A stretch of 64,000 bases of DNA from an uncultured Chloroflexia bacterium (GTDB lineage: Bacteria; Chloroflexota; Anaerolineae; CG2-30-64-16). The translations under genes were made by a program, and so were the position numbers. The stretch's first letter is position 1. Every line of letters starts with the position of its first letter. Of the stretch, positions 38,220 through 47,865 are shown in pieces. The notes beneath the pieces were generated by a model. That model did not search any database, was not told the origin of the DNA, and saw only the letters and a program-made list of their open reading frames with translations. The stretch is from assembly GCA_963810095.1 (NCBI GenBank), contig CAWEMM010000013.1, positions 116,355-180,354 of the forward strand, read 5' to 3'.

Positions 38220-39702
38220 GAGCGATCCCAACGGTACATCTTGAGTCATGCATCGTTCCAGAAAGAGATTGAGTTGACTGGGCCGCGACAGCGGGCCAGG
38301 CAATGACTGCCAGCAGCAGCGCCAGCTGCAGCTGCATGTGCTGGACAAACAGGTTGTCGAACAGTCCGTGCACGGTCAGGTAGGTCCATGCTCCAAGAAC
38401 GCCGATCGCCACGGCGCCGATCCATCCGGACCTCGCCCACCCCAGACGGAGTGCGGTGACGGCAACACCGAACCAAAGGAGCAAGAAGGCGGCCAGGCCC
38501 AAGACGCCCGTTTCCGCCGCGAAGTTGATGAACACGTTGTGTGCGTGGCCGAGCGGGTCGTACCAGTGCGGCTGCGGGTAACTGGCGTAACTCGCCCCAT
38601 AGTTGCCGATGCCCACGCCCAGCCACGGATGCTCGTCAAACATGCGAATCCCGGCTTGCCAGTGAGCCAGCCGCTCGAGCACGGAGAAGTTCTCATCCGT
38701 AATCTCGGTCCGGGCGGGGTCTGGCCCACCCACATAGCTCCCCAAGTCCTGCACCCGGCCGGCGATGGCCGATGGCAGCCACGATGTTCCCGAGAGTGCC
38801 ACGGCCGCAACGAGGAGCGCGACGACCGCGGCCATGACGATCGCTGTGCGCCAGCTGCGCAGGCCGGCCACGACGACCAAGGCCGCAACCAAGCCGAGCC
38901 AGCCGCCCCGCGACCAACTCATGATGATGCCCGCGATGAGGGCAAGCGTGACCCCCGCCAGGAGTACGGTCAAGGCGAAGTCTTTGCTCTGGCGCCCTCG
39001 CCACCAGCGCCATCCGGCCCACAGGGCCAAGCTGGCTGCAACGGGCGCCAGGTAGCCCAGGTAGCCGGCGTAGGGATTCGGCTGGTTGAAGCTGCCGTAG
39101 GCCCGCAGGAACCCGCCCGGGAGAATGAACGCCTCCGGGCCCGCCTGGCGAACGAACTGGTACGCGCCTAGGGCCACCTGGCTCAGCCCGCCGGCCAGCA
39201 GCCCGGCGACCACCCACTTGCTCGACCTCGGCCCAAGCATCTGCGCGGCCACGATGTACAGCAGCGCAAACTCCACCCACTTGAACCACTCGGTGACGCC
39301 ATCCCGCCACGAGAGTGCCTGCGAAAGACTCAGGCCGGCCACCCAGACAAACAGCAGGAGCACCCCGGTCAGAACTGGGAGGCTCAACATAATCTTGCGC
39401 TCGGCAACGCCCCGCGCGAGCCAGAGCCCGACGACCAGGCCAACGAGGATGTCGGCCAGCCCGATGGCCGGCAGCGGCAGAGCCACGGAGTTGCTCCAGG
39501 GCAGAGCGACCGCGAGGACGAACAACGCGGCCGCGGGCTTGATCAGAAACCCGATGGCGAAGCCTGCCGCCGCCAGGGCAACCACTGCCAGCCGCAACGG
39601 CGCGGCGGCGAGAAAGGTGGCCAATAGCAGGAGGGCGACGACTGCGGCAAACGCTTTCAGGTGTTTGCGGGGCAGGCCGGGCGCCGCAGGTGCGACGCTC
39701 AT
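38209..39702 (-). CDS. O-antigen ligase family (Wzy_C) membrane protein
   Basis: RAYGSFNQPN, SWSRGGW, ERLAHW, GVGIGN, HAHN. Confidence 0.88.
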   Translation of the reverse strand: MSVAPAAPGLPRKHLKAFAAVVALLLLATFLAAAPLRLAVVALAAAGFAIGFLIKPAAALFVLAVALPWSNSVALPLPAIGLADILVGLVVGLWLARGVAERKIMLSLPVLTGVLLLFVWVAGLSLSQALSWRDGVTEWFKWVEFALLYIVAAQMLGPRSSKWVVAGLLAGGLSQVALGAYQFVRQAGPEAFILPGGFLRAYGSFNQPNPYAGYLGYLAPVAASLALWAGWRWWRGRQSKDFALTVLLAGVTLALIAGIIMSWSRGGWLGLVAALVVVAGLRSWRTAIVMAAVVALLVAAVALSGTSWLPSAIAGRVQDLGSYVGGPDPARTEITDENFSVLERLAHWQAGIRMFDEHPWLGVGIGNYGASYASYPQPHWYDPLGHAHNVFINFAAETGVLGLAAFLLLWFGVAVTALRLGWARSGWIGAVAIGVLGAWTYLTVHGLFDNLFVQHMQLQLALLLAVIAWPAVAAQSTQSLSGTMHDSRCTVGIAHVK

Positions 39703-39789
39703 CCGAATAACATCCTCGGGGATATCCTGGGCTCCATAGACGGCTAGCAGAACCGGCTTCCGGCCGCGTGAAGCCGGCTAATCTTGCGC

Positions 39790-39850
39790 ATCATAGTGCA
39801 AAGAGGGTGCTTTGTCAATTAATTGACGCGCTTGTGGGCTATGGTATACT
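39790..39850. promoter_or_regulatory. Back-to-back divergent sigma70 promoters
   Basis: Minus: TTGACA-17-TATGAT (39818-39790); plus: TTGACG-16-TATACT with TG extension (39823-39850). Confidence 0.7.
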
Positions 39851-39926
39851 GTGTGGCTAATGCCACATCCGGAGTTGCCCGGGCAGCCCGCTCGCGCTCC
39901 GAACCACGTTTGAGGAGAAGTTCCAC

Positions 39927-40640
39927 ATGGCGAAGCAGGCGCAGAAGCCAAAATCTGCGTATTCGAATCCCGGCAAGCCGAAATCTGCACCTAAGAAGAG
40001 CACTCTCTCGCCGGCAGTGCTCCTGGGCGTGATCGCCGCGGCCATACTTGTCGTGGCGGGTGTTATCATCCTTGCCAGCCGAGCCAACAGCCAGCCCCTG
40101 GCCGCGACAGACCGTGTAGGGGAGGGGGCAGCTTGGGGGCCGGTGGGCGCGCCGGTGCAGGTGGTGGCCTATTCGGACTTCGGCTGCTCGCATTGCCGAG
40201 ACTGGGCGAATGTCCAGGAGAAGCAGCTGCGTGCGGACTATGAGGCATCGGGCAAGGTGCGCTACGAGTACAAGAGCCAGAACATCGGCGGCACGCCGAC
40301 GCGGGACGCAGCAAACGCGGCGGAATGCGCGGCGGATCAGGGCAAGTTCTGGGACTACCACGATGCGCTGTTCGCCCGGCAGGGCACGGCCGCGAACCCG
40401 TTCACAAAGCCCTTGTTGAAGCGCTATGCTGCGGAGCTGGGCCTGGATGCGGCCAAATTCGATCCGTGCGTCGACCAGAACGCGCATTACGACACCGTGC
40501 GCGCTCAGGAGCGCGAGGCAAGCAGCAAGGGCGTCGACTCGACCCCGACCTTCTTCGTGAACGACAAGAAGGTCATGGGTGCGGTGCCTTACGATCAGTT
40601 TAAGGCCGAGGTGGAAGCAGCCATCGAGTCGGCGAAGTAG
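39927..40640 (+). CDS. DsbA/BdbD-family thiol-disulfide oxidoreductase
   Basis: N-terminal TM, SDFGCSHC, QGKFWDYHD, GVDSTPTFFVN. Confidence 0.9.
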   Translation: MAKQAQKPKSAYSNPGKPKSAPKKSTLSPAVLLGVIAAAILVVAGVIILASRANSQPLAATDRVGEGAAWGPVGAPVQVVAYSDFGCSHCRDWANVQEKQLRADYEASGKVRYEYKSQNIGGTPTRDAANAAECAADQGKFWDYHDALFARQGTAANPFTKPLLKRYAAELGLDAAKFDPCVDQNAHYDTVRAQEREASSKGVDSTPTFFVNDKKVMGAVPYDQFKAEVEAAIESAK

Positions 40641-40962
40641 CCCGATAAGGCCACAAAGCCAAATCAAAGGCCTCTGCGCCCTTGTTCCCCAAGGATTGCA
40701 GAGGCCTATATTGTATCCTGATATTTCGTGTAGCCAACGAAATGAGAACGTGTGTTGCGTGAGCGGGCGGAGGAGGGGCTCAATTAGGCTATGCGAAGCA
40801 GAACGGGGTGGAGCGCAAAGACGCGTGGCAGCTCGAAAGCGTGAAGCGCAAGGTGTGCCATCGCGAAACCACGGAGCCGGCCTTGCGACTCCGTGGCGGG
40901 CATCTCTTCTTGCCTCAGAAGGTTTGGCGCGCCGAACTCCTACCGGTAGGGCAGGAGGTGGC

Positions 40963-41841
40963 TTACAAGTAGCGGCCGATCAACGGCTCGAGGCGGACGG
41001 CCACGTCGGGCGGGATGGCCGACTTGTGGGTCATAATGGCATCCCGCAAGGCATCCGCGTAGGGGGAGGGGCCTGCGCCTTTCAGCCTGCGCACCGCGTT
41101 GACCACCGACGCCTTCGCGACCTCGGCGTTGGCCAGCAGCTGGCGCACCACCATTTCGACGGTTACGGGTTCCTCGGTCTCGTGCCATACATCATAGTCC
41201 GTGACGCTCGCCATCGTCGCGTAGCTCATGCCGGCTTCCCGGGCCAGAAACGCCTCTGGGATGGCGGTCATGCCGATGATTGCAAAGCCGAGGGACTGAT
41301 ATACCCTGCTTTCAGCCTTCGTGCTGAAGCGAGGACCCTCGATCGTGACCAGCACGCCACCGCGCTGCACTTCGTGGCCTGTCTCGGCCACCGCATCCGC
41401 GCAAATTTGGCCGAGAGTGGGGCAGAACGGATCGGCGACCGAGATGTGGGCGACGACTCCGCCCGTGCCGGCACTTGGATCGTCGAAGAAGCTCGATACC
41501 CGGCCTCGAGTGCGGTCGAAGAGCTGGTCGGGCACCACGATGTCGCCGGGTTTGTGTGCCGGCTGCAGACTGCCGCATGCGCTGATCGAAATGAGATACT
41601 CGACGCCGAGCTTTTTGAAACCGAAGATGTTCGCGCGGGCATTGAGCCTGCCTGGGCTAACCCGGTGTCCCCGGCCGTGGCGGGGGAGAAACGCGACGGG
41701 TTGGCCCTCGATTGTCCCGACAATGTAAGAGTCAGATGGGGCGCCGAAGGGCGTGTCTAGCCGGACCTCCCGGACGTCCTTCAGCTGGCTCATGTCGTAG
41801 ACGCCGCTGCCGCCGATTACGCCGATCCGAACTTGCTCCAT
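40963..41841 (-). CDS. mtnP: S-methyl-5'-thioadenosine phosphorylase
   Basis: IGGSG, TPFGAPS, RHGRGH, EGPRFST, GMTAIPE, VTDYD. Confidence 0.95.
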   Translation of the reverse strand: MEQVRIGVIGGSGVYDMSQLKDVREVRLDTPFGAPSDSYIVGTIEGQPVAFLPRHGRGHRVSPGRLNARANIFGFKKLGVEYLISISACGSLQPAHKPGDIVVPDQLFDRTRGRVSSFFDDPSAGTGGVVAHISVADPFCPTLGQICADAVAETGHEVQRGGVLVTIEGPRFSTKAESRVYQSLGFAIIGMTAIPEAFLAREAGMSYATMASVTDYDVWHETEEPVTVEMVVRQLLANAEVAKASVVNAVRRLKGAGPSPYADALRDAIMTHKSAIPPDVAVRLEPLIGRYL

Positions 41842-41862
41842 GGGGACATGCTCCTTAAAGAA

Positions 41863-42729
41863 CTACCAGATGACTCCGGGGGCCGTAGAAATGTGGGCCT
41901 GGACGCCCAGCCGCTTGACCATGCGCACCCGGTCCCAGCGGTCGCCCATCACGCCATCGTGGATTGCCCACGAGCGACCCCGCACCGTGTCTGCCAGGAC
42001 GCGCCGCCGGAAGGGGCTGGATTCATCAAGCCGGGCGTAGTACTCGCCGCCGGGCTGGAAGCCGTTTTGGACCTCTTCCATTAGCGCTTTGCCCTGGATA
42101 TAGCTGAAGCCGTAGCGCTCAAACAAGACTGCCGTGTGGTAGAAGAGGGGCTGGGCCACGTATTCATGCTGGTTCAGGCAGAGCATGAGCGTTTCGATGC
42201 GCTCGGCCAGCCAGCCAAACGCGTGTAGACCCCGCCGCACCTGGCCGGGCGAAAGCCCCGCCATCATCGCCCCTTCTTCGGCCACCACGTTTCGGCCCAC
42301 GGTGCCGCGCATCGTCGAGCTGCCGCCCGGCAAGATGTCTGTGTCATAGCGATGGGCCAAGGGGTCCTGCAGCGTCACCCACACGACCTCGATCTGGTTG
42401 AACTGCGTGTCGGCCAACTCGAGCTCGGCGATGGGCTCGGGAAAGCCCCCTTCATGGAACAACTCGAACTTGTAGCTGCCCTCGGCCAGCCCCTGGCGCG
42501 CAAAGAACACGGGATTGCCGGCCGGATCGGTGCCCAGGACGGGGTCGATGTGATACCTGGCGAGCACGTGGAGCGGGACCAGGATGCGGAACAGCATTCG
42601 CTGCCGCTCCAAGTCCCACTCTGTGACCTCACGCAGCGCAACGGGTTCCTTGCGCCCTTGCGTCAGGTCGACCCTCGTGCCGGCCTCCCGCTCCGCGGAT
42701 GGGATGGATTTGAGCCAGGCGGGTAGCAT
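41863..42729 (-). CDS. Conserved-looking hypothetical protein
   Basis: Good ORF coupled to neighbours; motifs GLSPGQVRRGL, PLFYHTA, RGRSWAIHDG. Confidence 0.7.
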   Translation of the reverse strand: MLPAWLKSIPSAEREAGTRVDLTQGRKEPVALREVTEWDLERQRMLFRILVPLHVLARYHIDPVLGTDPAGNPVFFARQGLAEGSYKFELFHEGGFPEPIAELELADTQFNQIEVVWVTLQDPLAHRYDTDILPGGSSTMRGTVGRNVVAEEGAMMAGLSPGQVRRGLHAFGWLAERIETLMLCLNQHEYVAQPLFYHTAVLFERYGFSYIQGKALMEEVQNGFQPGGEYYARLDESSPFRRRVLADTVRGRSWAIHDGVMGDRWDRVRMVKRLGVQAHISTAPGVIW

Positions 42730-43613
42730 TATGCAAAACCAAAATCAGGATCGAGGCCCGCTTCGTCGAGGATGTCGCAAAGCAGGTCGGCAATCTGCCC
42801 ATGCCGCACTCCGTTGCTCGCCAGGACGCCAAACCGGTTTTTGACGTTCTCCCGGTTGTACCGGATGGGGCGATTCCAGCAGTCGGTCATGAGGCCGCCG
42901 GCCTCGGAGACGATGATATCCGGCGCGCACGTGTCCCATTCCTTCGTGCCCGGGTTAGGGTGCACGTAGAACTCGGCCTGGCCACGCGCAATGAGGCCGA
43001 TCTTCAGGCCCACGCTGCCGATGCTGCGCTCGCGCTGCAGACCCATGCTTTTGATAATCGTATCGATCAGTGGCGGGCGGTGCGAGCGGCTGACCACGAG
43101 CCGGAAGCGTGCGACATCTCCCTCGTCGGACACGCGCAGCGGGTGGCGCTCGCCGAACTCTTCCACGTACGCGCCCTGGCCCTTGCTGGCGGCGAAAAGC
43201 ACTTCGTTGATCGGCTGATACACCACGCCGGCCACCGGCTCGCCGTCGACTGCGAGCCCAATCATGATGACGAATTCTCCGTTGTGCGCGATGAACTCTG
43301 CCGTGCCGTCAAGCGGGTCCATGATCCATACCCGGCGCTTCTGCAGGCGGGTGAAATCGTCCTTCGACTCCTCTGCCAGGATGCCGTCTTGGGGGTAGAG
43401 CTGGTTAATCTGCTTGACGAGGTAGGCGTTTACGGCCCGGTCGGCTTCGGTTACGGGCTCGGTCGGATCCTTCCAACGTACGGTGGTCGGCACCTCGTAG
43501 AAAGTCTTGACGATTTCGCCCGCCTCGCGCGCGAGGCGGATGGCGGTGCGCAGTTCCTCGTCGTATTCCGGGCTGGGGCTGGCACTGGGTTGGGACATGG
43601 AAGTAGACGTCAC
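42729..43613 (-). CDS. CysQ/inositol monophosphatase family protein
   Basis: VTEAD, EE, DPLDGT, SRSH, EWDTCA. Confidence 0.9.
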   Translation of the reverse strand: MTSTSMSQPSASPSPEYDEELRTAIRLAREAGEIVKTFYEVPTTVRWKDPTEPVTEADRAVNAYLVKQINQLYPQDGILAEESKDDFTRLQKRRVWIMDPLDGTAEFIAHNGEFVIMIGLAVDGEPVAGVVYQPINEVLFAASKGQGAYVEEFGERHPLRVSDEGDVARFRLVVSRSHRPPLIDTIIKSMGLQRERSIGSVGLKIGLIARGQAEFYVHPNPGTKEWDTCAPDIIVSEAGGLMTDCWNRPIRYNRENVKNRFGVLASNGVRHGQIADLLCDILDEAGLDPDFGFA

Positions 43614-43811
43614 GGCTGTGTCCTTCTCGGATGCAGAGTATGCAGCAGCGCCTCGGCCTTCTGAGCGCAATTACCGGGGCGACGTACTTAACTTGTAACG
43701 GCAAGGAACGAAATTACGGTCCCCGACGATGCGGCATGATAGCATGCGGTGATGGGGTAGGGCAAGTTCGCATCGGCTGGAACACACTGCTGTGAGGCGA
43801 GGAGTAGACAT

Positions 43812-43848
43812 AAAAAGTGCCGGCCACATTCATGTGACCGGCACTTTT
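43812..43848 (-). terminator. Intrinsic terminator of tmRNA
   Basis: AAAAAGTGCCGG..CCGGCACTTTT hairpin just past the tmRNA 3' end. Confidence 0.85.
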
Positions 43849-43854
43849 CTGGGA

Positions 43855-44266
43855 TGGTGGAGATGCCGGGAGTCGAACCCGGGTCCGAAACAAACGACCG
43901 CCAGCGCCTACAAGCTTAGCCCCTGATTTGATCTCGCCGGACGGTCCGGCAGTGACCACCGTCCATTAGCCCGGCCAGCCGATGATCTTAATTCCGCTTA
44001 TCGGTATGGGCGGAAAGCACCTTACGGTATCTGACGATGCGTCCTACCGCCGCGAGGACCCAGTAGGGGCACCGTCGTCGCTGGTTAGGCGACGATTTGG
44101 TCCACGTATCCCTTAGGCCGCGAGCGCCATAGCGCTGTTGCGAGCCATCGGGAAGGTGAACGCCTTGCCGTTGTTGGCATTTGTAAGTTTGCTCTGGATT
44201 TACGAGGTGAGAGCACCTCGGCTTGCAGCTAACGACCCATTTGCCCCGTCGAAACCAGTCATCCCC
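43855..44266 (-). ncRNA. ssrA: tmRNA; tag peptide (A)ANNGKAFTFPMARNSAMALAA at 44178-44113
   Basis: 5' GGGGATGACTGGTTTCGAC, 3' GGGTTCGACTCCCGGCATCTCCACCA, G-U in the acceptor stem, tag ends ALAA-stop; adjacent to smpB; TTGATC-17-TATAAT promoter at 44306-44278. Confidence 0.96.
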
Positions 44267-44308
44267 CTGTGAGACGTATTATAGCAGGTTTTGTGAATGG
44301 GATCAAGT

Positions 44309-44785
44309 CTAGTCCCAGTCCTGGTCTTTGATCTGCCGGCGGAGTTCGCGATCCGCGTCGCGCTCGGCCACGGCGTCCTTGCGATCGTACAAGCGCTTGC
44401 CGCGCACAAGGGCGACCTCCACCTTTGCGCGGCCCTTGACCAGGTGGATGTTTAACGGGACGACGGTCCAGCCGCGTTCGGACACCTTGCTGAGCATCTT
44501 GTGGATCTCCTGCTTGTGCAGGAGCAGCCGGCGTTCGCGCCGCGGCTCGTGGTTCTCCCGGTTGCCGAAGTCATAGGGCGAAATGTGGACGTTGACAAGC
44601 CACGCCTCGCCGTTGCGGATCAGCACGAACCCATCGCGCAGGTTGACGCGGCCCGCGCGCACGGATTTGATCTCCGTGCCGGTCAGTGCAACACCGGCTT
44701 CGAAGCGGTCTTCGATGAAGTATTCGTACAGCGCCTTGCGGTTGGTGGCAACCTGCTTGACTTCGCCGTCGGTATGCCTGCTCAA
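44309..44785 (-). CDS. smpB: SsrA-binding protein
   Basis: NRKA, EAGVALTGTEIKSVR, RLLLHKQEI, RGKRLYDRK. Confidence 0.97.
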   Translation of the reverse strand: MSRHTDGEVKQVATNRKALYEYFIEDRFEAGVALTGTEIKSVRAGRVNLRDGFVLIRNGEAWLVNVHISPYDFGNRENHEPRRERRLLLHKQEIHKMLSKVSERGWTVVPLNIHLVKGRAKVEVALVRGKRLYDRKDAVAERDADRELRRQIKDQDWD

Positions 44786-44855
44786 GAGCGGCCTCTCCCT
44801 GTGGGGCAGGGCCTTCGGCGCCGCCGCTGAAGGCCCTGCCTGATGTCGCGAATCC

Positions 44856-46319
44856 CTACTTACCCGTCAACAGGTATTCTACGGCCCGATCGAGCTGCGG
44901 GTCCTGCTGGGCTTTCATCTGTTCGGCGGTGGCGTCTTCTACCTGGATGTCTGGCGCCAGCCCCGTGCCGTCGATGCCGCGGTTCTTCGGCGTGTACCAC
45001 CGGGCGATGGTCACGCGCAGCTGCGACTTATCGCTCATCTCATTGGGCAGCTGGACCGAGCCCTTGCCGTAGCTCTGGGTGCCCAGCAGCTTGCCCACCC
45101 CGGTGTCCTGGATCGCGCCGGCCACGATCTCGGAGGCGCTTGCACTGCCGCCGTTCATCAGGACGACGAGCGGGATGTTGTTCAGCAGGTAGGCGCCCTG
45201 GCGTGCGTAGTCGGTCTCGCGGCCATCCGAGAAGCGCTCGATGACGATGTTCCCCTGCGGCACGAACATGCTTCCGATGCGAACGGCGGCATCGAGCAAG
45301 CCGCCCGGGTTATCGCGCAGGTCGAGGATGATCCCCTGCGGCTTCTTGTCGACCGCGGCTTTCAGCGCTTCCTGGACCCGCTGGGCGGCCGGCGCACTGA
45401 ACTCGCTGAGCTTGACATACTCCACCTTACCGTTGCCCACGGTTTTGGTTTCCACGACGGGAATCTCGATGCGGGCGCGGGTGATGGTGACGTCGAAAGG
45501 CGCTTCCTCCCCACGCTTAACCGTCAGGGTGACCTTGCTGCCCTTGGGGCCGCGGATCAGTGCGACGGCGTCGTTAAGTTCGAGCATCGTGATATCTCTG
45601 CCGTCCACCTTGAGGATCACGTCGCCGTCCTCGAGGCCCGCCTTCTGCGCCGGCTGCCCGGCAAACAGGTGCTGAAGCTTGACCCCACCGCCATCGGCCG
45701 TGTCGACCAGGGCGCCGATGCCTTCGAATTCGCCGGTCATCTCCTCGTTGGAGACCGCGGCCTGCTTGGGATCGAGGAAGGCGGTGTGCTTGTCGCCGAG
45801 GGACGCAATGATGCCCCGAATGGCGGCGTAAGTGACGTCCTCACCCGTCGGCAAGTTGCCGTAGTACTGCTCCTTCAGCAGCCGCCAGGCCTCGTTCATC
45901 AGCGCAGAGTCGATCGGTGCATCATCGGGCAGCTTGGACTTGTCCTGCCGGGTTGGCGTCGGCAGGGGCGCCGTTGGGGTGGGGGTCGCTCCAGGCGTCG
46001 CGGACGAAGCCGGGGCACCCTTGGCTGGGGTTGCCGCGGCGGCGATCACGGGGGCCATCGCCTCAGAGGGCGCCGGCGGGCTGGACGGCTGTGCAGCCTG
46101 CTCGACCGGGGCCGCGCTCGTCGGCTGCAGGGCCTGCTCGGCACGCTCGACCGGTGCAGCGGCAACCGGCGCGGCCATCGCCGACGCCCGGCCCTGGCCT
46201 ACACCGATGCCAACCCCGGCGCCGAATGCGGCCAGCACCAGGATCAAAACGACCACGGCGGCCACCATTACCTTCATGGCCGCCGTGAAGGTATTGTTCT
46301 GATTCGAATTATCCTTCAT
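44856..46319 (-). CDS. S41 C-terminal processing protease (PDZ) with long Pro/Ala/Thr linker
   Basis: TM anchor, FEGIG, DLRDNPGG, SASASE, GKGSVQ. Confidence 0.93.
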   Translation of the reverse strand: MKDNSNQNNTFTAAMKVMVAAVVVLILVLAAFGAGVGIGVGQGRASAMAAPVAAAPVERAEQALQPTSAAPVEQAAQPSSPPAPSEAMAPVIAAAATPAKGAPASSATPGATPTPTAPLPTPTRQDKSKLPDDAPIDSALMNEAWRLLKEQYYGNLPTGEDVTYAAIRGIIASLGDKHTAFLDPKQAAVSNEEMTGEFEGIGALVDTADGGGVKLQHLFAGQPAQKAGLEDGDVILKVDGRDITMLELNDAVALIRGPKGSKVTLTVKRGEEAPFDVTITRARIEIPVVETKTVGNGKVEYVKLSEFSAPAAQRVQEALKAAVDKKPQGIILDLRDNPGGLLDAAVRIGSMFVPQGNIVIERFSDGRETDYARQGAYLLNNIPLVVLMNGGSASASEIVAGAIQDTGVGKLLGTQSYGKGSVQLPNEMSDKSQLRVTIARWYTPKNRGIDGTGLAPDIQVEDATAEQMKAQQDPQLDRAVEYLLTGK

Positions 46320-46400
46320 CAATCGTTTCCTCAATCGCTCTGCGCCGAAGCCATCGATGCGAGCTCAGGCGCAATCATCTGGATTATACCAAAGCCGAGA

Positions 46401-47582
46401 CTAGCGCTCACCATTCAGCCACGCCTGGCCACGGGCCAGCTGTGGATCGCGGCCGTTTTGCCGGTCGTCGTCGCTCAGGCCGACCTGTACGTCGGGCTGT
46501 AAGCCGGTTCCGTCGATCTGGTTCCGATCGGGCGTCAGCCAGCGAGCCACCGTCACGTGCAGCGAAGACCCGTCGGGAAACTCGTGGACTTCCTGTACGG
46601 AGCCCTTGCCGTAGGTCTTCTCGCCGATCAGAACGGCCCGGCCGTGATCGCGGAGCGCACCGGACACAATCTCGGAGGCGCTGGCTGTGCCTCCATCCGT
46701 CAGCACCACCAATTCCCAATCCTGGGCGGCGCTCCGCATCGGCTTGACGGGGTAGTACCGCTCCTGGCCGCCGCGTTTCACTTCCAGCAGGACGTTACCG
46801 TCCCTGACGAACTGGCTGGCGATATCCGTCGCGGCGTCCACAAGCCCGCCGCCGTTGCCGCGCAGGTCGACGACCAGCTTGGTCACGCCCTGGTTATTCA
46901 GTTCCTCAATGCCCTTGCGCAATTCGTCGGCTGTGCGCTCGCCGAAGATGGCGATGCGGACGTAGCCGGTGTGCTTCGCCTCGTCCAGCACCCGCCATTC
47001 GACGCTCGGCGTGTCCACCCGCTCGCGCTTGACCTTCACGGTGAAGGGCTCGGTGGCGGGTGGGCGCAGCAGCTTGAGTTGCACCTCGGTGCCCTCGTCC
47101 CCGCGGATCAGGGCAACAACTTCCTCCACCGTCATCGCCGGCGTGATCTCGGTCTCGTCGACGGCAAGCAGCACGTCTTTATCCTGTACCCCGGCCTTCG
47201 CCGCGGGCCGGTCGCGCATGACGGTGATGGCCATGCGGCCCTGCTCGTCGCGGCCCAGGTACGCGCCGATCCCCCCGAAGTGCCCCGCCAGTTCGTCCCG
47301 CTCCATCTCGCGCGGGGCAGGCTCGACAAACACGGTGTATGGATCGCCGTAAGCCGCGACCATGCCGTGCGTGGCGCCCCAGGCCTGTTTCTGGTCGGTC
47401 GGCAATTCGCCGATAAAGGTGCGTTCAAGCATGCCGCGCACCGTCCAGAGCTCGTCGAAGGAGCCGGGACTCCCCGCGTTCACCGTCTGCCGCGAGCCAA
47501 AATAGTAGCCGCCGGCGAAAACGGCGGCAATGGCCGCGAACACCAGCAGGCCGGTCAGCGCGTTGCGGCCGAATTGACGCAT
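46401..47582 (-). CDS. S41 C-terminal processing protease (PDZ), paralog
   Basis: DPYT, FGGIG, DLRGNGGG, TASASE, GKGSVQ. Confidence 0.93.
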   Translation of the reverse strand: MRQFGRNALTGLLVFAAIAAVFAGGYYFGSRQTVNAGSPGSFDELWTVRGMLERTFIGELPTDQKQAWGATHGMVAAYGDPYTVFVEPAPREMERDELAGHFGGIGAYLGRDEQGRMAITVMRDRPAAKAGVQDKDVLLAVDETEITPAMTVEEVVALIRGDEGTEVQLKLLRPPATEPFTVKVKRERVDTPSVEWRVLDEAKHTGYVRIAIFGERTADELRKGIEELNNQGVTKLVVDLRGNGGGLVDAATDIASQFVRDGNVLLEVKRGGQERYYPVKPMRSAAQDWELVVLTDGGTASASEIVSGALRDHGRAVLIGEKTYGKGSVQEVHEFPDGSSLHVTVARWLTPDRNQIDGTGLQPDVQVGLSDDDRQNGRDPQLARGQAWLNGER

Positions 47583-47865
47583 CTTCGAAAGGCTCCTCTC
47601 GCCCGACAACCTGAAGGTGTGTTCGCCCTGGCCCGGAGATCGCGGGGAGTGGGTTCACCCAGGCGGACCAGGCATATTATGCCATGAGTTAATCGCTCGC
47701 CCTAACCCTCGTCCGTCTGCCGGACGGCGCGTACCTCCCGATTCACGGTTGGGGCACGCGGGATGCAGGCGGCGGGACCGTCCCGCTGGTCGCAGTGCAG
47801 GCCTATTTCCTTGGACGCAGACGGGAGGCGTGAGGTTGCAGCATTTTGCGGAGTCTCATCAAACT

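Noticed and set aside
39814-39827. Palindrome GTCAATTAATTGAC as an operator
   Set aside because: Fully explained by two back-to-back -35 boxes
40650-40672. GCCACAAAGCCAAATCAAAGG as an eighth periodic palindrome
   Set aside because: Only a partial left arm; no mirrored right arm and the period is broken
43700-43870. Island integrated at the tmRNA 3' end
   Set aside because: No integrase and no duplicated 3' end seen; a terminator and housekeeping genes follow directly
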